Below are positions 1 to 13,526 of a stretch of 64,000 nucleotides of DNA, in pieces. Position 1 is the first letter of the stretch; each line of letters starts with the position of its first letter. The DNA is from Geosiphon pyriformis uo1 (Eukaryota > Fungi > Glomeromycota). The notes beneath the pieces were generated by a model, which was not told the origin of the DNA, did no database searches, and was given only the letters and a program-made list of their open reading frames with translations. Position numbers and translations under genes: made by a program. Location: positions 124,001-188,000 of the forward strand of contig JAAOMT010000607.1 in NCBI GenBank assembly GCA_016748015.1, written 5' to 3'.

Positions 1-846
1 GCGGTGATTACCACCTGACGTCAATACATAAGAAATTTATTTCAATCACGTTAATTTCTACCATCTTAATTAATATTCATTTCAGAATGTAATCTTACCT
101 GCATTGGAATTGTACTTTGGTTGGCCAGTCAAAAGACCCCCAGTGCTAGGATTACCTTCAATTAATAAGATTGCATCTTAATTGGCAACTATACCCGATA
201 ACTTTAATGTCATGTATGTATCGATGTAGGAAAAATTATTACTCGTATACTTGGTAGCTAAAACGATTTCTGAACGTTTATCCGAGATTAATTCACCAAG
301 AAACTTTTCGCTCTGTATAGGTAAAATATTTTTATTAAGTCATTAGTCTGCACATTTAATACTTCGATAAGTTGGAAATACCGAGCCTTGGGTATAAATA
401 TTCGCCGTATCTTTTCGACGGATGAAAAATTAGCAATTGAATTATCTTATTTACCCTGTAATGACCACATTATTGATTAGCTTCTTACCGATAAAATTCC
501 CTCCTTTTTCATAATAGTAGTCAAAAACTTTCTTAGATTCTTCAAAATTAGAGCCAAAACCCTAAAATAAAACGCAGTGTCCAGCATTAAATAATTAAAA
601 ATTCATCTTTCAACAATGGAGATTAATAACTTTTATTTACCCACTCTTCACCAAAAGTCTTAGATAGTTAACGAAAAATTATAATTAGCTTATGTAGTCA
701 ATATTTTCAATTTTTCGTCGATAATCACAAAATGTGCCTACCATAGTGCCTAAACATAACGGTGAAACACGTAGCCCCGTAGAACCAAGAAGTACATGAT
801 GATCAAGTCCCTTTAATTTGGGAACGTTAGAAGTATCAGTCGTCAT
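1..846 (-). CDS. Aldo-keto reductase (aryl-alcohol dehydrogenase-like), 5' half, multi-exon, runs off the window start
   Basis: Hand-spliced exons 846-742, 658-641, 561-489, 410-382, 312-243, 176-99, 14-1, all GT..AG and in frame: MTTDTSNVPKLKGLDHHVLLGSTGLRVSPLCLGTM-TFGEEW-GFGSNFEESKKVFDYYYEKGGNFI-DTANIYTQGS-SEKFLGELISDKRSEIVLATKYT-N..NSNAG-GNHR. Contains the AKR motifs LGxTGLRVSxLCLGTM, GNFIDTANxY (catalytic D, Y) and ATK (catalytic K). Confidence 0.9.
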
Positions 847-1904
847 TCTTCAAAATTCGTTGCTGTTATAAAAAAACCACAAAAAATATGAAAGCCAGTC
901 AAAAGGCTTTGGTAAAGTTTTGCCTCTTTCTGTTTATATCATAGATTAATAATCAAAGATCTCGGGAAAAACAATTATTCGACCAATTCAGGTTTGTTAA
1001 AGTGTAACATATCCGGGTCTGAAATCTACCGGCTAAGCAGATCTGAAATGGAAATTTTGTTAAACATATCCAATTTTACCAATATGCTTTGAAGCTATAT
1101 TTCTAATAATAGGATTGAGATTTTAAATAAGTGAATATAACGCATATACTCTATTTTGTTTTTTTCGTAGAAAGAGTTTGATAATCCTCACTGCTTGCAT
1201 TGGGTATAATTTTATTCTATATCTTATAAAATCAATTTTTAATAATTAATCTGTTCATAAAACCCAATATAAAGAATATATCATAGACAATCTGATTGGT
1301 TACTTGTTATAGTAATAATAATCTTAATGATTCTGAAAACAAAAATATTTTCAACATAAACGACTATTTTTTAAAATAAAACAGTTTCAATACTTTTTAC
1401 AAATACTAAATTAGAAATCATTTTAATACTACATTGACTATTAAAAAACAAATCATTATAATCAACATAAATAATGTATATACGAACAAAAACAACCAAA
1501 ATAAAAAACTAATTGCAAAATAAATAAATATATGTTTAAATGCAGAATAACAAAATTATTACAGTCTTTAACATGCTTCAAAAAAACTTGCCTATTAATA
1601 AAAATTTGCTATATGAAAACAATTAAAGCTTTATTAACATCTTAATAAAATATAAAAGACATTAACCATTGCAAAAAAAGCCAAGACTTTTATACAAAAA
1701 TTTTATCTTTAGATATCAATCTGATTTTATCGAAAAATTCAATCTAAATTAGTAAGTTTTAATATAAGGCCAAAAACTTTAAACAAAGTCTTTTTTAAAT
1801 AATTATGTTTAAATTTTTTGAAAAAAATAATTTTATAATTAATTTTATTATTATTACATGTTTTATCTAATGTTATATATTAAGCCACGTATTTTTAAAT
1901 ACTA

Positions 1905-1992
1905 ATTGTTAATATGATTACTAACTTAGTTGTTAATTACATTGTTAATCTAATTATTAACCTAATAGTTAACTTAATTGCTAATCTAATTA
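1905..1992. repeat. Degenerate ~12-bp tandem repeat (TAAYYTARTTGT-like units)
   Basis: Recurring taacttagttgt / taatctaattat / taacctaatagt / taacttaattgc units within AT-rich decayed DNA. Confidence 0.5.
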
Positions 1993-2559
1993 TTTATTGA
2001 TTTCCATATTTATATTTTTTTAAAATTGGTTAAGTATTTTATTAATTCTTGAATAATTAACACAAAAATGTAATTTTTTTCAATATTATTATAATTAAAA
2101 ACGTTTATTTGTTTTTTTTTGAAAAAAATTTAATAAATAAGATTTTAAATAGATAAAATAAACTTTTTAGTTTTAATTTCATATTAAATAACATTTGTAA
2201 GTTTTTTAATATAATTTTATTATTTTTAACCATAAAATTTTGATATTTTTTTAATTTAAAAATTTTTTGGGTTAATTATCAAAAATTTAATTTTAGGTAA
2301 TTTGTTTAATTTTTTTAGCATCAAACTAATTGATTTAAATTTTGATAATAAATTAAAAAAATTTTGCTAAAAAATAAAAAGATTAATTATACCAGTATTT
2401 GGCACCAAATACATATTACCAATGATTTTGGTTTTTTTTGAATATATTATAATAGAACTAGCAAATAAATTAATTTTTTGTTAAATTTAACCTTTTTCAA
2501 AAATTTATTATTCTTAATAAAAATAATTAAAGCAAGCTCAACAATTTTTTTACATGTTT

Positions 2560-3620
2560 TTTATTTATTTATTTAATAAATAAAGTTCAACCACTACCTA
2601 TTAACATATAGTTAAATAAGATTCTAAAATAAGTGTGGTTTATGTCTTTTTTACACATAACCAGTCATTCAAACCAGTCAAGACTAAACTATGTTGAAAC
2701 TACAGAAAGAAACTTACCCGAAAAGATCATTCTTTAAACTATTTCAATTATTTTATGACTATTCAGAATCAAACCAGCCAATTATTTAGCAGTTTTCATA
2801 AAATCAAACTTAATTTCATTAAAAGTTTCATACATCCAAAGTATTATTAGATTAACAAAAACCTTCTTACATTCAAAACAACTTAAGTCTTCAACTATAT
2901 TAGCATTAATATTAAATTTAAACACATTGAGTTCACTTTTTATATTATATTTGATTTTTAATATCACCATTTTTTTATCTAGCTTATAAATAATACTACT
3001 GAAAACTTTTATATATTTTCTAATCTTTTTAATCTTATTCACAAACAAATAATTAATACCATTATTTTTTTAAGAAAATATTCAATAAATTTAATTAGTA
3101 TAGTCAGCTTATTCAGATCAGATTTCAGAGAAGTCAATTGAGGAAAAACCAACAAATCAATAATAATAGCAATAAATGTAGCCAAAGAAGCAGCACTAAA
3201 AAAAATCAGAAAGACAAAAGTTTTTGTATAAGATTTTACACCAACAAAAAATAAAATAAAAGTCTTAGAATCATTAGCAAACTTAAAAAAAAACCTAGAA
3301 AGAAAATGCAGCAACATCTTATAATCTGAAAATATATAATCCAAATTCTGAAATTTGTAATAATGATGACATTAAGGAGTGTTCCACCAGATACAATACT
3401 TGTACAAAGTGCTAGTTTTTATAGCAGCAGTATTTAGAGTCTTTAAAAATTTAAAAGTCACAACAGCAAAATATTGAGAACAATAAGAATTTAAAAAAGC
3501 AAAGAATAAAACATTTATGACCACCAACTTGAAAAATAATATCACTAATTATAAAAGCAGTACAATTAAAAAAATAATTAACTAAAAGAAAAATTCTAAT
3601 ACTGTTTTTTTAATTAATAC
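2560..3620 (-). mobile_element. Decayed 3' portion of an ORF1-only LINE-like element with the shared LINE 3' tail
   Basis: ORFs 3039-3344 and 2782-3048 align by eye with the C-terminal part of the ORF1 at 20868-21494 (LTSLKSDLNKL vs LADLKSELVK; KLDKKMVILKIKY vs KLK*EMVALKIKY; KTAK vs KTAE). The shared tail follows at ~2560-2700. Confidence 0.65.
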
Positions 3621-3627
3621 AAACTAA

Positions 3628-4450
3628 TATTATGAAAGTGTTTTTTTAGTATATTGATTATTAATACTCCCAGTTTAATTATAATCAGTTTTTCGTGAGT
3701 TTTTTAATTCTGGTTGTATAATAGTACTAATATTATAATGAAGATTTTTTGTGAATATCATAATATAAATTCTTTCTCAAATTTTAATTGTTGTTGTGTA
3801 TTTATATATTTTTTCTTAGAGGTTAATCTGAAATCTATTTATTGTTGTTGGAGTTTTCTTTGAAGTTATCCGTAAAATGATCATAAAAATAAAAAAAATA
3901 AAAATTTTTTTATTTGTTAATATTATTTATGTTATTTATTAGTTTGTAATTTAAAAAAAATTGTTTATTTAATATTAAATAATAAATTTATATAGTTTAT
4001 AATTAAACAATAGTTTATTTTTTTCGAATTATTTATTGTTAACAATAATTGTGTAATCTTTAATTTTTAATATTTTGATATCGGTATTAAAATGTATTTT
4101 ATTTAAATAAATAAATATAACTTTAATAATACTAAACTTTTTTTGATTGTTTTTAAAAGTGTTAAGCAACACTACTTAAAAAACAATTTGCTGTTTGAAA
4201 TTAAATTAACAAAATATTTAGCTATTTAAATTTTATAATTTACAAAGTAATATTCTTATCATCAATTAAAATAACTTAAACAAAGTATTTTTAATAATAT
4301 TTAAATATATATTAAATATTTTGTTGTTTTTTTTAAGATCACTTTTATTTTCTAATTTTTAATATTGAATATAAGAATGTTAATTTCATCTTCTAATTTT
4401 TGGTTTATAAAAATAAATAATTATATTGTTAATTTTCTATAGCATAATAA
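3628..4450 (-). mobile_element. Strongly decayed LTR-like copy related to the solo LTR at 5188-6054 (right end approximate)
   Basis: 3650-3880 is colinear with 5210-5440 (aatcagt..ttcgtgagt, ctgaaatcta, shared spacing). It starts TATTATGAAA, a transition-decayed form of TGTTACGGGA. Confidence 0.5.
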
Positions 4451-4649
4451 CTTTTTATGCTAGCAATTTTTTATTGAATTTTTGAATGACTTTTTGGTTT
4501 AAGATTTTTATTTAAAATTGTAATCAATTCAAGCTATTTACAATAATTTTTAAAAAATTATATTTTATATAAGAAACCAAATCAAGCTATTTTTAAGTTA
4601 AATAATTCATAATTATAATAAATATAAAATTTTAAATATAAATATAAAA

Positions 4650-7600
4650 AAACTTTTTTCTCTTCTATTTTTATGATTACAACTAAAACAAAGAGTAAAA
4701 AAGCTATGTTTTTTTATGTTTTTTTTTTTACTTAAAACAATTAGTAGTTTTTTTACTAATAAAACACTAACAACTATAAAAACTATTTGATAGTATTTTA
4801 TAAAAATGCTCTTTTTAAATAAAGTAATAATTAATTAGTTTTTTATTGTTTTAAAAACATCTTTTTTATCTTTGGTTAAAAGTTTTTTTCCTTTTAAAGT
4901 TTCTTTAAAATAACTCATTTGGTGTCTTAAAATATTTAATAAGAAACTAGTAATTAAATTATTTTTATCTTTTATTCTTTTTTTACTGTTGCTTAAATAG
5001 CCAAAAAACAATCTTTTTAATTATCTGTTATATTTAATAGCAACTCTTTTAAAGTGTTGAAAAAATTTTTTTTTGGTGTTTTTAATAGTTTTAATGTTTT
5101 AAAGTCTGTTTTTTTTGACTTTACTAATATTATTGTCAATTTTGTATTACTAATATTAATTATAATATTCAGTTTTATTATAACTGTTGTTACGGGATGG
5201 TTTTCTTGTTATATTTAATTGCTGATATCCTGCTTTAATTGCAATCAGTCTTTCGTGAGTTCCTCAATTCTATTTGTGTGATAATGTCACTGTTACACTG
5301 AAGGCTTTCTTTTTACTGTTGCGATGTAAGTTATTCTTTAATTTTTGATTGTTGTGTGTGTTTATGTACTCCTTCTCAGAGGCTGAACTGAAATCTACCC
5401 ACTGTCTGGGGTCTTCTCTGAGGCTATCCTTGCAATTGCCTGATGTGTTTCTCTAATCTAGAAACACAGAATGTTAATGGTCTTTAGTGCTTTTCTACTT
5501 CTCACAATAAAGCTTTTATCAATTAGTAACAACATGAATAATCTTGATCAAGGATTATTCTTCCAAGGGATTCAGTTGATGAATGATAGTTTCATTCAAT
5601 AAATAATACAAGTAAGTTTCTTAATACTTTGGGTTGTGATAGTTCCGTTTTAAATATTCTTTTTCATTTCTTTTTGATTTTTAAAGGTTTCTTGGGATAT
5701 TTAATTTGAAAGTATGATTTAAAGTGGGGTTTGTTGGATAAAATTGGATCTGTTGCTTGATAAGTTATGATTTTTATTACTTGATTGATTCTTTCCCAAT
5801 ATTAAAACTACTGTATATATACATGTTTGTAGTTCTACGAGAAAATACTTTCTTTTTGATATTTCAACCTGGTGCTTGCTGCTATCACCAGTTGGTATTG
5901 GCTGCTATTGTGAACTGGTGCTTGCCACTATCGCGAGATGGTGTTTGCTACTATGTTAATCATTACCTTTCTAAGATTATTACTGTGCTATATTATGATT
6001 GAATAGTTTGTATTATTTTTATGATTCTTTTTGCTAAATTCTTAAACCGTAACACTGTAAATAAAAAGAAATTTTTTGTTTAAACAATAACAACAAAAGT
6101 ATATTAGTTAAATTTAGTTTAGATTAGTCTTTAAATATATTTTTTGAAACATTAATTTTTGGCCAATTTTTACTTATCTTAAAAGCAAACCAAAACATGT
6201 TTTATCTAATTATATTAATAATTATCTAATGTTAAAAATTAAGCTGATTAAATAAAAACAAAATTAATCTTTTTATTTTTATTTTTTGGTATTGCTCTTA
6301 ATAATGTCTAAAAAACAATTACAAGTTGTAAAAAGTTTATTAAATAGGTAGTTTTTATTTTAGTATTTAATATTACTTTTAAAATTAAATTAGCTTTAGT
6401 TAATTCTTTGTTAAATCTGCTGTTTAGTTTTGTTAAACTAAAATCTGTTTTAAAAAACAATATTAAATTATTTTGAAAGAATTTTGCTTTTGAAATTTCT
6501 TTGATAATTATTATTAAAATTTTTTTTGACAATTTTTTTTTTTTAATTATATTTAAGATTACAAAGTCTTTTGTAGTGGCTTTTGTTTCTTTTATTTTTA
6601 TTTTTATTGTACTTTGTAATATTTTTTTAACACATTTTTTAATAATATTTAAATATTTTTGGTGTTATTACTTTAGTTAAATTAAGACTTATTGGTTTGT
6701 AGCAATATATTGTTGTTTATTTTAAGAATTTTTTTTTGTTGTTGTACTTTTGCTTATTAATTAATTCTGGTAAAAAAAAATAATATTAAAAATCTTTTTT
6801 TGCTTAACCAAAAAGAAATTATTATTTTAAGAGATACTTTTAAGACCAAATTGGTTAATTTTTTTTTTGGCTACACTGTTTTTGAAATTAGTAATTTGAT
6901 TTTTCAAATTGGTACTTGTATGTATTTTATTTTTATTATCATTAATACTTTGCTATTATAATCTTTCAATCTTTGAAAATTTTAAATTCAGTTGTTTTAA
7001 AAACTAGCACTTTACATAAGTATTATATTTTGTAAAAAACTTTTAAATATTAATATTATTACAAGTATAAATGTTTAAATTATATATCTTTAGATTATAA
7101 AGTGTTCTTATTTTTTTTTCAAAGTTTTTTTTTAAGTTTATTGGTGGTTTCAAAATTTTTAATTCATTTTTTCTCAATATAAAGTCATATACCAACATTT
7201 TTAACATTTTGATTTCTTTTATTGTTGTATCTTTGATTGTTTTGTTATTAGTTTTATAATAAATTCTAAATTAAATTTTTTGGATTTCAGATTTTTAATT
7301 TGGGCTGTTTTAATTAAGTCTGTTATTAAACTGATTAGTTCTTTAATTATTTTGATTATCTTTTTTTTGGCTGAAAATATGTACAAAAATTTTAAGAAAA
7401 AAAAAGATTTGATTACTATAAAATATGTTATTAAAAATTTTGCTGGTATTTTAACTAGTTTGTTTAAAGCTTTGCTAATCTTAAAACTAAAATAAAATTT
7501 GGTATTATAGATAAAAATAACTTAAGTACTGCTAAAATTTTTTTTTTAAATAATAAAATTTATTATTGTTTGGTGGCTCTATGGTGAATAAGTAATTTTA

Positions 7601-7890
7601 ATATAAAGTATAATATTAAAAAAACTAGATTATTTTTAAGTAAATTTATTTTTAATAGTCGAAATATGAATAGTTTTTATTATTATACTTTGTGAATTAA
7701 GTTTTTTTTAACTCTTTCTTATTTAGCTTAGTTTGTGTCTTAACTAATTAAAGTAGTTGGTTATATGTAAAAAGTATATGAATTATATCTATTTTAAACT
7801 ACTTCTTATTGATACATTGTATTATATAATAGTAAGACCATATTTTATTAAAACATAATAAAAAAATAAAAAATAAAAAATAAAAATAAA
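4650..7890 (+). mobile_element. Decayed ORF1-only LINE-like element, interrupted by the solo LTR at 5188-6054
   Basis: Start atgattacaactaaaacaaagagtaaaaaagct matches the start of the 19350 element. 7000-7700 matches the reverse complement of 2700-3440. It ends in the shared tail (gtagttggttatatgtaaaaagtatatg) and an A-rich end near 7860-7890. Confidence 0.6.
5188..6054 (-). mobile_element. Solo LTR (867 bp), distant relative of the Gypsy LTRs downstream
   Basis: Termini TGTTACGG...CCGTAACA form an 8-bp inverted repeat. Perfect 4-bp TSD CTGT at 5184-5187 and 6055-6058. TATA-like motif on the - strand at ~5812-5824 and a ~21-bp tandem block at 5870-5955. Confidence 0.85.
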
Positions 7891-9249
7891 AATAAATATT
7901 ATAAAATAATTAAAAGTCAATTCAATTGGAGGTTTTTTCAATCTAAAATATATTAATTAATTAATTTTATAATTATTAATTTATAATGTAATAAAATAAA
8001 TTTTAAGAAATGTTTTTAGTTTTTATTAATTATTATTTAGACAAAGCCAATTTGTTTTAATAAATTATATTTATTTACTGGTCTTATTTTTTGGGGAGGC
8101 TGTATTTATTAATTTAAAAATTAATATGTTAAAACTTAAACAAAAATTAAGTTTAGTTTAATTAAACTGGTAAAATTATTACAATTTTTGAAAAATCACC
8201 AATATTTCTACAATTCTAATAAATAAATAACCACAATTTTGTTATTTTGAATTAAAAATATTTATTATTATTAATTATATTAAGATTGTATTTGAATTTG
8301 AATTTTTTTAACAGCTTTAACTAATGATTTTAATAATTAAACAAAATTGACAATTAACTTGTCTACTAGTTATTTGTTTGAATCTTGGATTTAAGCAGCA
8401 AAAAGTTTAATAGCTATTTGTAAATCAGAATTAAAAACAAAGATTAAACTAAAAATTTTCAAATAGCTGGGAAAATTTAATAGTCATCTTTAATATAAAG
8501 AGCAAAAAAACCAAGGAGCATAATAATATATATTTTTAATTCTTTGTAAAAAACTTTTTTTGCTCTTTGTTTAATTTTTATTTGTTTAATTAGCTTAAAA
8601 ATATTTAATTACAACTTCTTTAGAATTTCGGATGTGTTTTTTCATTTTATTTTTCATTTAATATTAAGATTATAGTTTCAAACTTTTTGAATCTTGTGAT
8701 AAATAAATAATTATTTGTTTAAATTAACAGTTTTATTATAGTTTTTGGTAAGAACCAAATAGGTAAAAATTATGAAATTTTTTTTTTCACAATTTAAAAC
8801 TCGTTATTATTATTGTATTAATTAAATTTTGTGTATTATTTCTGAATAGTAGTAAAAGTAATATATTTCAGCAATAAAAAATTATTAAATATCTCGATAA
8901 GTTTGGCAAGTTTTGTTATTTTAAAGAGTTTTAATTAAGTAGTAAACAGCTAATCAAATATAAATTTAATGGTTCAAGTATTTAAATTAGATGGTGTTTA
9001 ATAAAAATAATTAAATAATTGTTTTTTGTTGATGTTTTCAAAATAAACTTAATTGAAAAATATACAGAATAAACAAAATAGATTTTGGTTAAATGTTATT
9101 GAGAAATCACTTTCAATCATTACATATTTGTTTACTGAATTGCTGTTTAACAAAAAAGCAAATTAAGCAAAAAGAATTTTTTAACATATTATATATTGTT
9201 TTTGGCAAAAACAGAAAAGTGGTTTTTTGTTTTTTGTAACAAAATCATG

Positions 9250-10570
9250 TAATTACTTATAAATAAATAATAAATAGATTTTAACAATCTTACACAAAAC
9301 ATTATTTTTATATTTTAAATTAAAATAATAAGTTAACAAATAACAAAAAATGGAGTTATTAAAAACAATATAAATATGACCAAGATAAAAAATAATACAA
9401 CTGTGATAATTTTGTGTCTTAGTTAACATATTTTAAAATTTAATAACAGATATTAATTATTATTTTTTCAATAAATTGCAAGCAAGTTTTTTAATTTTCA
9501 AGCTAATTCTAACAATAAATTTAAAAAATAAAAAAATTAGGAAATTAATTGTAATTTCTAGCTAGATACTTTTTTATAACTTTGAAAATTTTGGCTTATA
9601 ACTAATAAAAAAATACATAACTTTTAGCATTATAAATTAACCAAGCAAATAATTATAATTTTTCAATTTTTTAAAATAATTTGTTTCGAAAATTACTTTT
9701 TTTTTATTTAAAAATACAGAGCTTTAAGTTATATGAAAAAAGTTAATAAAATACTTTACCTGTATTTTATTATGCAAATAATAGTGCATAAATCCAATCA
9801 ATTTTTTTTTAATTGGTTACAAAAACTTGACATACAAATGTAAAATTCCAACAAAATATTTTATTACATATACTTTAAGAAAATAGTTTTTTTAAGAATA
9901 TTACTTTTTATTATCTTTCTTTAAATACAACAACTATTTGTAACCATGTGATACTACATTATTTATTTATTCAAATAATTTTTTGATTTAAAAATATATA
10001 AATTAATTATTTTTAAGTGCTAATATAAAGATTACTTGTTATAACAAAATCAATACTTATGATAAAAATATAACTTCTTTGAACATTATAGATGCAATTA
10101 TTTTTTCTACACAATCTTGGAATTTTGTTCAAATTGTGCAGCTTGGATAAAGACAAAAATTTTGTCTTCTTTTACATTGGAATATTTTCTTATCTGATAA
10201 TGATATTATAGATAAATTATTAGATTTATTAGAATTTTTATGAAAAAAATGCAACATATCATTATTAACTTCCAGTTGATAAATCTTTATCTGCTAAAGA
10301 ATCTTTTGTTATTAATTTTATATTGCAAATTGAAACCATACTATCTGGTAAAAAATCTTTAAAGTAATTAAGAGTGTAAAAGATCATAAAGATTTTAAAA
10401 AAAGGAAGAAGTTAAAAGTGTTGTAAATATAATAAAAAATAATGAACTCATTGGTTTAGATACTGTATTTAGATATATTAAATAACAAAATTGTGGCAAG
10501 ACGATAAAACAATTTTTAGTTTCAAAAGTAAATAACTTGAGAAAAGAGATAGATAAATTAATTTCTTAAT
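9250..10570 (+). pseudogene. Highly decayed pogo/Tigger-type (DDE_1) transposase remnant
   Basis: Recognisable relics: YYANNSA* (~9770, cf. YYxNxxAWM), YLSLNTT..L*PCD (~9910-9955, cf. FLPPNTTSxLQPxD) and IIDAIIF..QSW..V..C..WIKTKIL (~10085-10165). No TIRs were found. Confidence 0.55.
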
Positions 10571-11772
10571 TGTATATTTTTCATTTTGTCGAATTTAATA
10601 AGTATTAGTATACATTTTTTAATTATTTTCTTTTCCTTTATATAAGATTTTTTTGTAAATGAAATTTAAGGTGAAAATTTCTTACCTGATAAGAATAAAC
10701 AGTACATTTAATAATTATAATAATGCTAGCAGAAACAACAGCAATAATGATATATTTATTAACAGTAACGACAATAATTTTGTCAATTTGAGATTGTAAA
10801 CCGAAGATACACTTAATCTCAACTCCGGATTAATGGGAGTGACCATTCATTTCTCATTTACTATCAATTCAAGATGGAATTATTAGAAATTTCATCCTTT
10901 CTACTCTAGGTAACTAATCCTTAATTTGGTAGTTCTATTGACATTCTAAGCCAAAAATTCTAATTATAAAATTCTAAGATCTTGTTCTTTTTTAGAATAT
11001 CAATATTTCCATTCCATCCGAGAACAAATAAATGCTAGATTTAGCAAAGTATTCAAAATCAATTTTGATATTCAATCCATTCAGGTGGTTTCCTTAATGA
11101 CTGAATAAAAATAAAATATTGAAATTTATTTCCTGCAATTTAACTCAATGCAGTCCCTCTTGAAGGTATGCCTTCTAGATTAAAAATCTCTCAACTATCA
11201 AGTGTCTATAATCCAATTTATAATATATAATTGCTAAAACTCAAATTCATGCTACATTTTGCCCCGAATCCTTTGTATATTGAGCTATTTTTATAGAAAT
11301 GAAATATTCGATTCCTTTAAATAAAATGTAATCCCAGTTAAATCAGAGGAGGCTTCTCAGAATAAAGTTTAATTTTTTGGCATTGCATGAAAATCAAAAT
11401 TCCCAATAAAATTTGAGAATAAAAGTATAAAACTTTGCAAGGAAATACTGGTTATACATATATATCAACATGAAAATAAATTAGCTAAAAAATAGAGAAA
11501 GCAAAAGAAACTCTTAAAATTTTCATGCAAAAGTATTAATTTTTCCAAAATTGTTAGAATCTAGAATATTTTAAAAAATCTTGCTTAGGCTTCATAATAG
11601 AGTTCTCTACTAAGAAGGAATTTTTAAAGGAGTAAATAACAATAAAGATATGCAATTTATCATAAAACCTATTTCTTTATGATTAGTCTATTTCAAATTT
11701 ATTAGTTAAAGATGCTAACCTTTAAGACAATACAAATTTAAATCGGAAATATAAGTAGCTAAAATGAAGCTA

Positions 11773-12610
11773 CACTGGGTGGACAAAAGTCATCGGACAC
11801 TTTTTTATTTCTTCATTAAATATTTTTTATACATAATAATTAATAATGAGTGGTCCTCCCTTCTTCTCAATACATTCTTCAACACGTCTAAACATACTAA
11901 AAACCAAATTTTTATAAATTTCCGGGGAAATTTTGTTCCATTCATCTTGTAATGCCATGAATAATTCCGAGTTATTTGCGGGGCACGGATTTGGTTTTTT
12001 GAGTTGTTTTTGTAAATAGTCCTCTACATGTTCTATAGGATTGAGATCGGGCGATTGTGCTGGCCATTTGGAGAGTAATTTTATGTTTTTTTCTATCAGC
12101 CATATCTTTACATCTTGAGCAGTATGGATCGAAGCATTGTCTTGTTAAAAAAAATAAGATCGATGCTAAAATTTGTATTCAATCCATGATAATAAATTTT
12201 TTTCTAAAAGCTCAATATATCCAAACCGATTTAATATGCATTCTACTAAAACCAAAGGATCTAATCCAGTTCCACAAAAACATCTCCATACCATAATTCC
12301 AACTCCAACTACTTCTGGATACATATTGAATAGTATTGGTTTGTTTATAATTAGAAAGTGTATCTTGCATAGTAGATTTGGGATAATTAAGTTTTCCTGA
12401 TATTTTACGTATAGAATATTCTTCTTTTGAAAGAGTAATAATTCTATACGCTCAAAATCAGTCAATTCTTTTCTTTGTATTTTTAACCCATTTCTCACTA
12501 TTTATAATAGCTAATCTATCTATAAATAAATTTTTTGTGTTTATTTTATCATTTATGTTACTTCAAATAATAAAAACGTAAAGTGTCCGGTGACTTTTGT
12601 CCACCCAGTG
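11773..12610 (-). mobile_element. Tc1/mariner (Tc1-type) DNA transposon, internally deleted, non-autonomous (838 bp)
   Basis: 31-bp TIRs CACTGGGTGGACAAAAGTCA(T/C)CGGACACTTT with one mismatch, flanked by TA on both sides. The - strand keeps an N-terminal HTH (KELTDFER) fused to IMVWxCF, QDNASIH and WPAQSPDLNPIE. The segment carrying the first catalytic Asp is missing; there are stops and frameshifts. Confidence 0.92.
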
Positions 12611-12994
12611 TATCTTGTCAAACCATGAAAAAAATTTAGTGATCCTCACAGAATTATCTCATAATACGGCTTGGATATGCAGCGACCCATTAATATGATT
12701 GGGTCCCTATAATTTCTTAAATAGATTGGATTCAGAAGTAAAGCTATTAGATATTTTTCATTATAAGAAGAATATGAGTTTCCAAATCCATAAAAGTACG
12801 AATGTGCGCTTGTCTACATTTCGAACGAAATTGCTACCACTATTCCAAGAGTATCAAGTCGATGATTTAGAGGAAATTTCTTGTATCTCTTATAAAAGCA
12901 CTATAATTCTCATCATTTTTACGGTGATTCGCCGCATAAGCACCCAGGGCCTATAATATTAACTGCTTATAAAAATTAATCTAGACTTTATATA

Positions 12995-13526
12995 GGGATG
13001 GTTTTTATTTGGATCCTCTTTATTCACTTTTGGGAATATAGATTCTCAATTGAAGAAACAATGCGTGCCTTGGATGACGCAGTCTATAGTAACAAGGTAT
13101 GTCCTACAAAACTTTCTGATAATTTCAAAAGTGCGATGCTAAGAGCTTTTCTTGACTGCGCTAAATTAGGTATATTATGCCGTAATTAGCGACACTTCTG
13201 CTTGGGTAGTTAGTAGATCAAATACAATTGCTGAGTTTCGTGGATGGAGGTATATCCTTAAGACTACTTTGAAGAAAAAAAATTTTTTTCAAAGAAACAT
13301 ATGTCAACTTCTTTCCGGATTTTTAGTCCACACATTGCCCTTAATACACGATATGATTTATTAAACCGAAGTTTTGAACAAGACCTGCAGTCAGCAAGTG
13401 CTGAATATAATTTAAGCTTCTTTCGAATTATCCAGTTCAATAGATAAATTTCAAAATACTCAAGTCTAATTGTATTAATTTCTTCTAAAGTTTGCTGTTA
13501 TTCCATGGGGCTGTGTTGCGAAAGGG
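12995..13526 (+). pseudogene. Aldo-keto reductase paralog fragment (middle exons only)
   Basis: Exons give LFIHFWEYRFSIEETMRALDDAVYSNK / VYYAVISDTSAWVVSRSNTIAEFRGW / PHIALNTRYDLLNRSFEQDL / VIPWG. There is an apparent frameshift just before LFIH, one intron without a GT donor, and no N- or C-terminal exons nearby. Confidence 0.7.

Noticed and set aside
5757-7495. Short AT-rich ORFs from the track (5757-6002, 6308-6532, 7280-7495, also 29164-29400 and 42539-42733) as host genes
   Set aside because: They lie within LTRs or decayed repeats and have low-complexity I/L/K/F/N composition with no domain signal.
10686-11350. Possible decayed kelch/transmembrane gene exon on the - strand (splice donor at ~10685, hydrophobic IIIAVVSASIIII stretch)
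   Set aside because: No continuous frame or convincing motif could be recovered by eye.
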